This document shows, in pieces, positions 53,964 to 64,000 of a stretch of DNA of 64,000 nucleotides. The stretch comes from Daphnia carinata (taxonomy: Eukaryota). The DNA lies in contig NC_081333.1 in NCBI RefSeq assembly GCF_022539665.2, positions 12,152,001 to 12,216,000 of the forward strand, in the 5' to 3' direction. Position 1 is the first letter of the stretch; the number at the start of each line of letters is the position of its first letter. The notes below the pieces were generated by a model, which had not been told where the DNA came from, did no database searches, and saw only the letters and a list, made by a program, of their open reading frames with translations. The position numbers and the translations under genes are program-made.

Positions 53964-55751
53964 CATAGACAAAGAATAAAGGCATCCTTTGAAGACAACC
54001 CTACTCGTCAGTAGGGAGATCTCCGCATGTCTGGAACGGCTAGTTCATTTCTTTGGTTCGTTGTAGAAGAAGAAAACGAACACAAAAAAAAAAGACGGAT
54101 ATCGGAAAACTAGGGGAACATTGGGATCATGGTGATGGTTTAGGGGAAAGAATCAAAGAGAATCCCTCGGCTTGTTTGCTGCTCTTACTTTGTGATCCAA
54201 TCAAGCGAAACCCACTGAACACAGACGCTGGAACTAGCCCCATTTTTTTTTTTTTGTTCGCACAGGGTCCGATGTGAAGGGAGGAAAGAAAAAAAAAAAA
54301 AAGGTACGGAGTGACATACACACGTTCTCCGCTCTTGCAGAGAAACATAAGAATCTTTTGCCGCCCCACGTGAGACACCCACCGTGCCGTTGGAGTCTCT
54401 TCCGGCTGCCTGCCTTTACCGAACTAACGGGAAACACGGGGGGAGGGATTTATTGACAGCTAGCCAACAGTCCCCTCCATTAGCTACTGTCCACCGAAAG
54501 GATCTATGTGTTTTTCGAGCTATTACTAGTGCGACGAAGGGAGGTTTGTCACTCAACCAGGCCAGACGGTTAAGTTACCGTGAAGACTCTAATCCTTCCC
54601 CCCCCTCCTTGCAAGCGAAATAAACACCATCGCTACCTATTTGAAGTTATTGGTCGTTGCCCAATACCTTATTTATACTAGAGAGCCGTCAAACATAGAA
54701 AGGATCGCGCATCACGAGATCTCCTTTTATTTATTTATATTTTTTTTTTTTAAGAATAAAAATGTAAGGCAGAAGCGTCGTCTCCAAAATGGGTTCTGGT
54801 GGGCGGAGGCCATTAACAACTACACTCAACGGCTGTCTCCCTAGTATGAGAATCCAAGACCGTAACATGATTGGAACTTGTACTGGTGGAATGAGAAATG
54901 TTTAAAGCTATCCCCTGTCTAGGTCATTCCCCCGCCTTTATATATATATATATTTTGTTTTTTTTTTGGGAGTCTCCCCTTTAATCGTAATCATCTTACT
55001 ATGGATCTACCGATGTGATATAGCGTCCGCGTTATTCAGCCATGCGGACAAAACTTGGCCGCTGTTTTATATCGAATTTTCCCGTGATCCTTCGGCCATC
55101 ATTTCTCATTCAAGAGCAGCCACCGGTACGACGGGTGAAGATGGGAAGCCTAAAAGTCGATACTTATATACGTAATCGATGAAAATGATGGGGGGGGGGG
55201 GCTGCGAGGGGCTAGACATTGTAGTAGTAGTTGTGCGGATCGATTAGCAAGCGGGGCCCCGTTCTTGCTCCAGTGGCACAGTATGTGCCTGATCAACAAC
55301 ATCGTTTTCCACTATTCAAGGTTTCCTATATAGGATCTCTCGTCTCTGATTACCTTTTTTCTTGTTGTTGCAAGAGGCGGCTAATCGGATTTTGTCATTG
55401 CCGTCTCTGCATTTTGTGTCACATCTTATTTTTTTTTTTCCTCCCTTTCCTTTTATTTTATTTTACGTTTCTCCCTACTGAAAGGTTTCTTGTACATAAA
55501 TAAGAGGCGGTCTCTGACTAACGTTGTTTTGGCCTGGCAGCTGAGGGAGATCTGCCAAACCGTTCTGGCATCCGGCTGTTTCTCCTATAGAAAAAAAAAA
55601 GGGGAAGAAAATAGGAAAGACTGCGGAATCGTCATAAATAAATAAGCGAATGCATGTAATATTCTGAAAGAGGATAGGGAAGATGAAAAAAAAAAAAGAG
55701 AAGCGGTTGTAGTATCAAATAGGAAAAAAAAACAAAAAAAAACAAACTCGT

Positions 55752-55789
<38 letters not shown>

Positions 55790-58700
55790 CTGCGTTGGTT
55801 CAATTCGGCATGATTTCCGGGTTGATGGGCTACCGGAAGCTTGATACATACAGAGATTGGTCTCGGAGCTCTCAACCGCTTCCCTCTAACAAAAACTTGA
55901 TTAAATAGAAAATGATGTTATAGGCGATTTAATCCGATCGTCTTCGTGTTCTCCCTCCTTTTTCTTTTTGAGGGGGAGATGCTCGAGCGGCGGCTATTAT
56001 GGGCGTGTTTTCTCTTATCCATTTGCCTAACTTGCCATCTGTGCACAACTGGTGACTGTTTATTTTTAAACCAAAGAATGTGCATTTTTTGTTTTGTCCT
56101 AATTGGGTTTGATCCAGCTGCAGAGTGCACCAATTTCATTTACAACCTGCATTTTTTTTTTTTCTTTTATTGAGTCGGGGGGGGAGGGGGGAGCCAGACG
56201 TAAAAGATGGCCGAGATTTCAAATGCTTCTAAATAGGTCTCTTTAGTCAGTCATAAAAACAACAAGTTATGACGAGAGAAATCAACTTTTGGTGGCGTAC
56301 ACACGTTTGACACTCGTGTTGTCCATAAAATTCGTGTCCAAATGACTTTGCCATTATCCCGTTTTATATGGGGTTTTTTTTTCCCCGAGCATGTGGTTCG
56401 GTACGTTGCGTGACAGCGTGAGTTCATTCGTCCCTCACTTTTTCCGTTTTTATTTTCGTTCTTTCTTTTTTTTTTTTTTTTTACCTGTGACCGACACGCA
56501 CCTGGTACCCAAACGTGAAACTGCACGGTTAATACGATGATGAATAGACACCTGGCATTGACTAGTCCTAAAGATTTATGTCCCGAATAGAAAAAGTTCG
56601 TTTTATTTCTTAAGGGGTCATCGAATCCCGCCCTTCTTTCTCGTGATTCTTCCAGCTGCCAAACTCGGACCGCAATTGATGAATGTTGGCCACGAAATGA
56701 TTGAACAAATTCAATGTTGATTATGTTTGTTCAACAGTTTCATCTATGCCAGACCTACTACCCTGTGTGTGCGTGTGTGTCCTAAGTTGAGTGAGTGTGT
56801 GTCTGCGTCATGTGAGGGGCTGCGCAGCGCATGGCTGTCAGCAAGGGTCAAAACTGGGGTTTGCTGGCCTGATCCAGTCAGTAGGCAACTCGACTTGGGG
56901 CGCTACACCAGTGACACACAAAAAGGAAACAAGTTTTTCTTTTGTATTTAACAACAACAACAACAACAACAAAAAAAAAAACGTTTTCACAACAGTTTGC
57001 CTTCCTCGGCCATCTTATCCAGCGCAACTAGAAGTGACTGACCAGAGGGTGGTCAAGTTCTTTTCTTTTTTTTCTTTTTTTTTTTTTTTTTGCTTCGTTG
57101 CCTATACTTCCTGTGTGACTGGATTTCCAAAGAAGAATCTCAAGTGCTTACTAGTTGGAGGCTTAACGGATTTGCTAGTATATTGGATTGGGATCCGAAA
57201 CGAAGCCCCTTCGATTTTGCCATGAATGAAGGCCGTGGAACAGTGACACCTCTGAACGGATTAAAAGAGTGAATCGATCTTTGTGGCGAATTAAACGTTT
57301 TGCAATAAAGGCAAACCAGAAAAGAGATGGATATCGACACTATGGATTCCATAGAGGACATTTTGATGAAGGTATAACCCGTTTAGTGGTGTTGTAGGCG
57401 TCGTTACCTCGTCCGTTTCTAAAGCAACACGATGATGGACGACTATTGATCAGCATTTTCTTTTTTCTTTTTCTTTTTTTTTTCTTCTGTTATTGAAAAC
57501 CTAATCAATGAAGGGGATCTATATCAAGAAAAAAAAAAAAAGCTTCCCACTATTTCCCACGAGACTTTGCTCTCTCCTATTGAAAAATATTAACCAGCGA
57601 TTAGGATTCATAGGAAAGGACTAACCAGTCGTCCTCACTTTGCGTTTATCATCAAATCTTTTTTTATTTTTTCCCGTTCTTTTTTTTTTTTTTTTTTTTC
57701 TAAATCTCGCTATTGTACACGCTGGGATAACGTCGGAACAAAGCCGGATGAAAGTTCGTTTGGTATTCGGAATCATAGTCGCTTTTAGTTTGGTCCGGCT
57801 ATTGTTGTGATTGTTCGACAGTTGCTGCCTCTCTCGTTCAGGACTCGTTGTGCGTGCGTGTGTTTTTACGGCCCAAGATAACCCGGTCAAGTGACACAAA
57901 AAAAGGGACACACGCATACGTTGGCCTACCATAACCTTATGTAGTCAACAAAAGGAAAAGAGGGGAGAGGCGTTAATGATGACTTACCCGTAATTCAGGT
58001 AGAAAACGAAAACGGAAGGAACTGACTCGTGTGGCCGTAACGCAGTTGGCACGGCACTCAGCGCGTCAAATAACTGGCAATTCCCTTCACAACGTACGCC
58101 CACAAACTCCCAATCTATTTACGTGTGTCATCATCGGCCTTGACGGACGAATGTAGTTACAGCGGTTCTCGTCTGTAAACAAACAAAGTGCTCAAACGAA
58201 AATATTAAAAAGGGGAAAAAAAAAAAAAATAGGGATCGTGTGGCCGATTTAGACCCTGGCAACGACGATTTAGACGGTCTGTAATCTTCATTTATTATGA
58301 TTTCGTTTACGGGTAAAGATGGCGGCAAAAGGCGTTTAAAGCCAACAGCTTATGATTTATTAAACTCGTTACTGTAACGATCGAAGAAACTGAGCGAAGG
58401 GAAAAAAAAGCATTGCGTAGTCTTTTTTTTCCTTCGGTGAACGGCCGTCGAAATCCATCTAGCGGCGTGAATTGTAGTAGAGAAGCAGAAATGGCGTTCG
58501 TTTCGTTTCTGAACTCGACCATAGATGGCGCTATTGTGTTTGTTTTCCTAAGGTACCGCGTTCGGCCCGGAGTCGCCCACCCACTTTTATTGATTGCCCT
58601 CTGTGGTTTAATGCATACAATTTTTGAAAAAAGCCATTCTTTCTCATACTTTATTGGTTGGGAAATGTCGTGTTTCGCTAGATATTCTTGATTCGTGTAA

Positions 58701-61700
58701 CTGTGTAAGTTATTCAGTTTCCAGGGTGGAAAATGCAATCGTCCTGTTTTGCATTTAGTATAATATTTTGAGACATTGTCATTTCGCTCGGAGTTTATCG
58801 AATATAGTAGACGGGCTGTTTTTTTTTTTTTTTTTTTTTTTTAATGATGGATTATTGATCGATTCTCATGTTTATACAATTTTTTGTTTTCCTCTTGAAT
58901 GACTCAATACGCGTGTTGCCGACCTTCCCTAGCCGATGAGTCATCCGTCAGGGAACTCCCTCCTCTCCTCCCCCGTTCGGAAGCTCAGAGGCTTTTTGCC
59001 ATGGCGACGCCACCTACATAGCTACTACACCCACCGCACTCGGGCATCAAAAGAAGTGGCTTCAATCCTCTCCGGCGTTTTCAAACAGGCGCGCCCTCGC
59101 CTTACGGACCTACGTTTTTCCATCCAGCAATGCTCGGATCGATGGTTTTCCATCCGCTTCTAGAGATGCGTGGCTAGGGGAAGGGTGGAGATGGGGTGGC
59201 GGGCTTGTGAGTTGGGCAAAAAGAGAGAAAGAGATTTGTTTCAACGTAGGCTTCTAGACGGGGGGAAAAAGCGAGAGGAGGGCTTGTTACTCCACAAATC
59301 CATCAACGCACAAAGAAATATGAAACGTGCTGTCTGCTGTTTTCTGATGAAAAAAAAAAAAAATACTATTGTAGACATTGATAACGGGATAACTGTTTAA
59401 GTTTGGCATTGAATTTTTGTGTTTCTGATTTCTGCCAAAAGTGCCATTTTTGTTTTTGTGTGTTAATGCTTTGTCGTTCTGATATTTATTGAAATTCTTT
59501 TTATTTTTCTTTACTTTCATGTTCGTAAAGCTGGCGGAAATGGAGGCGCGCGTCGTCGGAGCGGAAACTCGGGCCGAAATCGCCGAAGAAAAGGTAAGAT
59601 TTGTATCGTCTTCTGTATTGGTAAAACTCTGTATTGTTTGGATATGATGTCGTCCCCCCGAAATCGATCAAGGGAAAAGAGAGCATTCACGATCAATCGT
59701 ATTCGAACAACATTCACTCGGCATCCAAGCGGTCCGCTTTATTTATTTATTTCTATTTTTTATTTTTTATTTTTTTTTCGTCTCCCATTCTTTTGTAGTC
59801 GAGCAAAATGAATTTTCGTTTTCGTTCGTCTCGGCTGGTAGCCAATATCTGGTGAATTTGCGCTAAATTTCTTTTGATATTGGCCCGTTTCTTTTTTCAT
59901 ATGGAACTATGCGACACCATCGAAGCGTCAACTGACGTCACTGTGAGTGGAACAAAGTTGGTTGAAAGAGATTGCATTTCTTCGTAACTGTTCAGTTCCT
60001 AAACGATGTCGACGTCTGCGGCATCAAATAACCTTTTTTCTTTTCTTTTTTTTCTCTTAGCTTACAGTTACGAATAAAAATGCCATCTAATGATTTCACG
60101 TACGTTTCGCTCGATTTTCAATTTTTTGCTCACTTTCAATCGCGTGGAGACAGAAATCGATCGAACGAGTTTTCTCCCTTTGTTTTTCGTTCAATTATTT
60201 ATTCCGATGGGTTACCGACATCGTTCACGGAGCGTTCCCAAAACGAAATTGCCAATTATTAGATAAGCGGCTACATCCTATATCCACGCATTCAATGGCA
60301 ATTTCTAAATGCGAATCGTTGCCATTCCAAATTTCAATAAACATTTTTGAAAAGAGAGAGGGGGGGGGGGGGTACAATATAGAAAGCAGCAAATGGTGAC
60401 ATTGGCTACCGACCACCAACCCTCTTAACTTGCTCTGACGTCCATTGATTTTCAACACGGGCGCGCTAGGGGTGAACCATTTTAAGCACTCGCAGCGCGC
60501 CTGTCTCGGCCAACCCCCCTCTAGCTTTTTTTTCGTTGCTGGTGGTGCACGCCGTGTCTATCCGCCGTGTCTTGTAGCGTGTGTCTCAGTTCCGTCTGTG
60601 ACCGTCGTCGCCGCTGTACATTCGGCAGAGCAAAGAAGGACCCTCATGGAGTTGTGCTAAAAAGAGTATCTTGATTCCTCGAAAGCGATTGTGCGACATC
60701 GTGGTGTTGTGTGCATCTCTTTGGTATCGACGTAGCGCTCGAGCGAGGGACAATTTACCAGTTCACCTTATGAAACCGTAAGAGAATAACGAGGGACTTA
60801 GATGCTATTGAATCCCATCATTTGTTTCGTACTCTCTTTGTTGTTGTTGTTTTTTTTTTTTAAACAAAAAATTAATCCAAGTGCATCTGTGTGAGTATTT
60901 GTCGCTGTGTCTTTCTTCCGGCTTGTCGGAGATCTTGTCGAGCAGAACCGAAGTAGAGACGCAAGGGATGAGGGTGAAGAGAAAGTAGTTTGATTCGATC
61001 CACTCACCCTCTTCATCCCTTTTTCCCTCTTTTCTTTCTATTTCTTTCTTCTCTTTGCTGCTATTCTGCTCGGTACTGTTACATACACGATCGATACCAC
61101 AGGGTGTGTACACATAGTGAGAATTCGTGGGCTTGATGAATTTCCTTTTTTTTTTTTTCTTTTTTTTTCCCCTGTCTGCCAAACCTAGTGGCAGTATTTG
61201 TCGCCGGAATTATTCTTCCGGAATGACTCACCGAGTGAACTGCTCCCTCCTTGCCAAACCCCCCTCTACTTCTCTCTCTCTCGAAAAAAAAAAAATACGA
61301 AGTTTCCTTAAGATTAATGGCGATTTGTGTCGTCGTAAATTCTATTTTAAACCGGTCATTTCATGGCCTTCCCCACGTCTGGCGGGGGATATGGAACTCC
61401 TCCGCCGCGCCCACAAATACAACTTAAAGCTGCCAAATCCGGTGAAAGTTTCACCGTTACAAAGTACCAAGCAAACAAACAAGGGGATGTGTGACAACAA
61501 CATTCGACTTGCTTTTCAGACACGAGAAAATCTTGTATTGACTCTAAGCGAGGATCCCTCGTCACAGGAACCGAAGAGTTTTTATCACTGTCCAGTAGGG
61601 CCATGCCAACGAGGATTCACTTTGATTATGCCGAATCCCATCGTGAAATTTGGTTATTGATTTTAATTCGAAAGCACGCCGTGTGGAGTGTTTGGTCCCA

Positions 61701-64000
61701 GACAATTCCGATAAAAACGAAAAGAACAGACACTTGATGGCCTCGTCGCGTGATATTTGTTTCTTGTCGCATCAAACCAGAACCAATAAGATTTAGATCT
61801 TATTCGGTTTGTAGATGACATTTGGGCTGTAATGTTATTATTATTATTTTTATCCATTGCCACTACCATCACTTATTGTCCGTGCCGACTCTTTTGCGCA
61901 GAGCGAATCATCTGGAACTAATCCAATCCAGTTAATATCCGGGGTGTTACAATGGAAAAATATATATATATATAATCCTCGAGAGATGGTTGTGTATGGA
62001 TGGCGTCTTTTTTTTTTTTTTTTTTTTTTTCTTTTCCTTCACGTAATCAGGATGAAAAATGTTGATAAATAAAAAGACGCGGGAATACGGTGGGAAGTAC
62101 GGCTGAATTAATGCGATTTGGATCGTTTGTCATCCCAGCTGCTGCACTCGACACTCATAGCACTGGCTTGATACAGATAAGGCAAAGTACCTCGAATGAT
62201 TGCTCAAAATATGGTGTCACATGGTGGTGACTGCCGATACGTTCATCTCTAATGCTTCAACGTTGTTGTTGTTTTTTTCTTTTATTACGAGACTTAGCGA
62301 ATGACAAAAGATCTAAATGCTTTCCTGTTTTATTTTTCTTTATGTTATTGGTTTAGCTAAGAATCATGGAGCAACAGCTGGCCGAGTCACCGTGGAATTC
62401 ATTGACGGAAGGAAGTGCAGTGTCGCCTCACCAGACGACGGTTAAGGAGCGAGACGTCATCAACCGGCTGGAGGGTCAAGTGGACGAGCAGCGCAAGATG
62501 AGACTCAACGACGCCAAACAGGTCGAGGCCAAAGCAGCCAAGATCAAGGAATGGGTCACCAACAAATTGCGAGACGTAAGAAATTCATCAGAACAATATC
62601 CTTTTGCGTGTCAACGTCTTCGTAGGAAATCTAAACGTCGTCATTTGGACAAAATAGAGGCAAACAGTAAGGTGAAGAAAGTCCAGGGTCAGCGACAAAA
62701 TAAATGGCCATCGCGTGCTACCCCCAGTTCTAACTGGAATCGCCGATCCCCAGTAGCGACGAAAAGGCCGTTTTTATCTAAAATTCAAACAGCTGCCATT
62801 TCTTTTTTTACGAAACTTGCGATTCGGAAGGTTTTTTGCAAAACTTACAACTAAAACTAACTATAAAAAACACGAACAAACAAGTAGCAGAAAAACGAGG
62901 GAGCCACTACCATCATACAAATCAATTGAAATAAGAGGAACGGATGAATATATTGGAATGATCGTCGAGAGAATAGATGATGAAAGCCTTTGCCACAAAC
63001 TGTAATTCTGCTCTCCGCCCTGGTATGGGATTAAGCGTTTTCATGGATGTTCAACTCGGGCCAAGTTTTTGTTGCGGAATCCAATCACGTAGAGTGAAGA
63101 GCAACTTTTATGATCTATTAAACTCGGTTGTCGCTTTCAACGGTTTGCTGTCGCCGTGCTCGAGCGGCAATTGTGGAGTGAGTCCAACTGGAAACGGTAA
63201 ACTCGAAACGGGGAGGCAATTGAGCCGTTTGAAACACGCAGCTTCCGTGTTGTTTCGTATACACATATTTTTTTTTTCTCCAACTTTGAACAAAGCAGGA
63301 TCGATAGTCTCGCAAAATGACCGTGGGCGCACGCGGCCTGCGTTTTCGCATAGCATTCCGCTGTGCAATCTACGTTTTTCTTAGGGGATAGTGCTAGCAG
63401 CTTGGGGCGACTGTTTTTAACCCGAAAAACCTCGATTTCAATCATTAAGAAAATTGTTAAGTAGCTGGATGTGTGCAATTTTTATTTTCTAGCTCCCCCA
63501 GCCGGCAAATAGAAAATGCGCTATAAAATTAATGATGGGTTATTAAATGGCCGCGCCACTCATCATCGGTTACTCGTCTGCGGGACTTGACGTTATTACC
63601 CAATTATCGCTCCGAGTGGATGCCCCGAATGAGATAGGAAAAGCGAGTGGGACCGCCAGGTCCGACTTATATCGATAGAGGCCTCTCCACTAATGACCTG
63701 CAGAAATGTAATCCACCAAGAAGGCAGTGCTGATACGGTTAATGAAGCTGATAGATCCGTTACAACCAACAAGCGATCCTGTGGAAAGCCGGGACTCAAT
63801 TCCAACAAACGCGCATTGTGGAAGAGTGCGGCAGTGACACTGTGCACTCGTTTTGTTTTGTCCTGGGGAATTGTTATAATGCCGTCGTTAACGAGACTTT
63901 TAAAGGCCACGCCATCATTGTTATTTATGTTATTTTTACCTTTTTTCCTTTTTGCTTTTCATACATGACAGCTCGAGGAACAGAACCAACATCTACGCGA
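47263..64000 (+). CDS. PLEKHH: N-terminal part of a PLEKHH1/2 (MAX-1 / CG43867-like) coiled-coil PH-MyTH4-FERM protein; continues beyond the window
   Basis: Phase-consistent exons are 47263-47495, 48152-48429, 48795-49090, 59531-59593, 62357-62575 and 63972->64000. Translation ..VNWEERCLELEMSLQRFRDQAGKIRGLLREK|LAEMEARVVGAETRAEIAEEK|LRIMEQQ..EQRKMRLNDAKQVEAKAAKIKEWVTNKLRD|LEEQNQHLR matches the recalled PLEKHH N-terminal coiled coil (DWQKRC..FRLQASKIRELL; EKAAKIKEWVT.KL). The first two exons rest on splice and phase evidence only. Confidence 0.85.
48795..49090 (+). CDS. PLEKHH: PLEKHH-like coding exon 3 (start of conserved coiled coil)
   Basis: Acceptor ccctag|A and donor AAG|gtaagc. Encodes VNWEERCLELEMSLQRFRDQAGKIRGLLREK. 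Confidence 0.88.
55757..55788. repeat. (TG)n microsatellite, one of several (CA/TG)n and (CT/AG)n tracts in the window
   Basis: Uninterrupted TG dinucleotide run. Similar tracts lie at ~53934-53958, 24888-24909, 19965-19984 and 50884-50905. Confidence 0.9.
59531..59593 (+). CDS. PLEKHH: PLEKHH-like 63-nt micro-exon
   Basis: Bounded by taaag|CTG and AAG|gtaaga. It is a GC-rich island in an AT-rich intron and encodes LAEMEARVVGAETRAEIAEEK. Confidence 0.85.
62357..62575 (+). CDS. PLEKHH: PLEKHH-like coding exon 5
   Basis: Bounded by tttag|CTA and GAC|gtaag. Encodes AKQVEAKAAKIKEWVTNKLRD. Confidence 0.88.
63972..64000 (+). CDS. PLEKHH: PLEKHH-like coding exon 6 (truncated by window edge)
   Basis: Polypyrimidine tract followed by gacag|CTC GAG GAA CAG AAC CAA CAT CTA CGC (LEEQNQHLR), phase 0. 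Confidence 0.8.

Noticed and set aside
61127..61660. 177-aa ORF inside a PLEKHH intron
   Set aside because: It starts in a poly-T tract, shows no family resemblance and is not needed for the phase-consistent exon chain.

Overview
This is eukaryotic, intron-containing animal genomic DNA. Introns of about 55-110 nt in housekeeping genes, dense poly-A/T runs and (CA)n tracts suggest a Daphnia-like crustacean (inference). I assembled five spliced protein-coding genes by hand from GT-AG sites with consistent reading phase. (1) The 3' end of a probable myosin-III/NINAC gene (+, <1-1447). (2) A complete 6-exon p75 neurotrophin receptor (NGFR/TNFRSF16)-like gene (-, 10344-24396, 581 aa) with four TNFR cysteine-rich domains, a p75-type transmembrane helix, a death domain and a PDZ-type tail. 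(3) Class II lysyl-tRNA synthetase (-, 32194-34890), with a hidden alternative exon that appears to encode the mitochondrial presequence. (4) Endonuclease III-like NTHL1 (-, 35912-37088). (5) The 5' part of a PLEKHH/MAX-1 family gene (+, 47263->64000), including a 63-nt micro-exon missed by the ORF track. A non-coding ~2 kb composite repeat (6811-8833) has ~345-bp tandem units, internal palindromes and GTCGGGC motif arrays, and looks like a non-autonomous DNA-transposon relic. Most other ORFs in the track are low-complexity noise. I found no tRNA, rRNA, CRISPR or prokaryotic features and no clearly unprecedented system. The most notable items are the remodelled invertebrate p75NTR ectodomain and the LysRS cytosol/mitochondrion splicing switch. 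Family assignments come from remembered motifs, not database searches.
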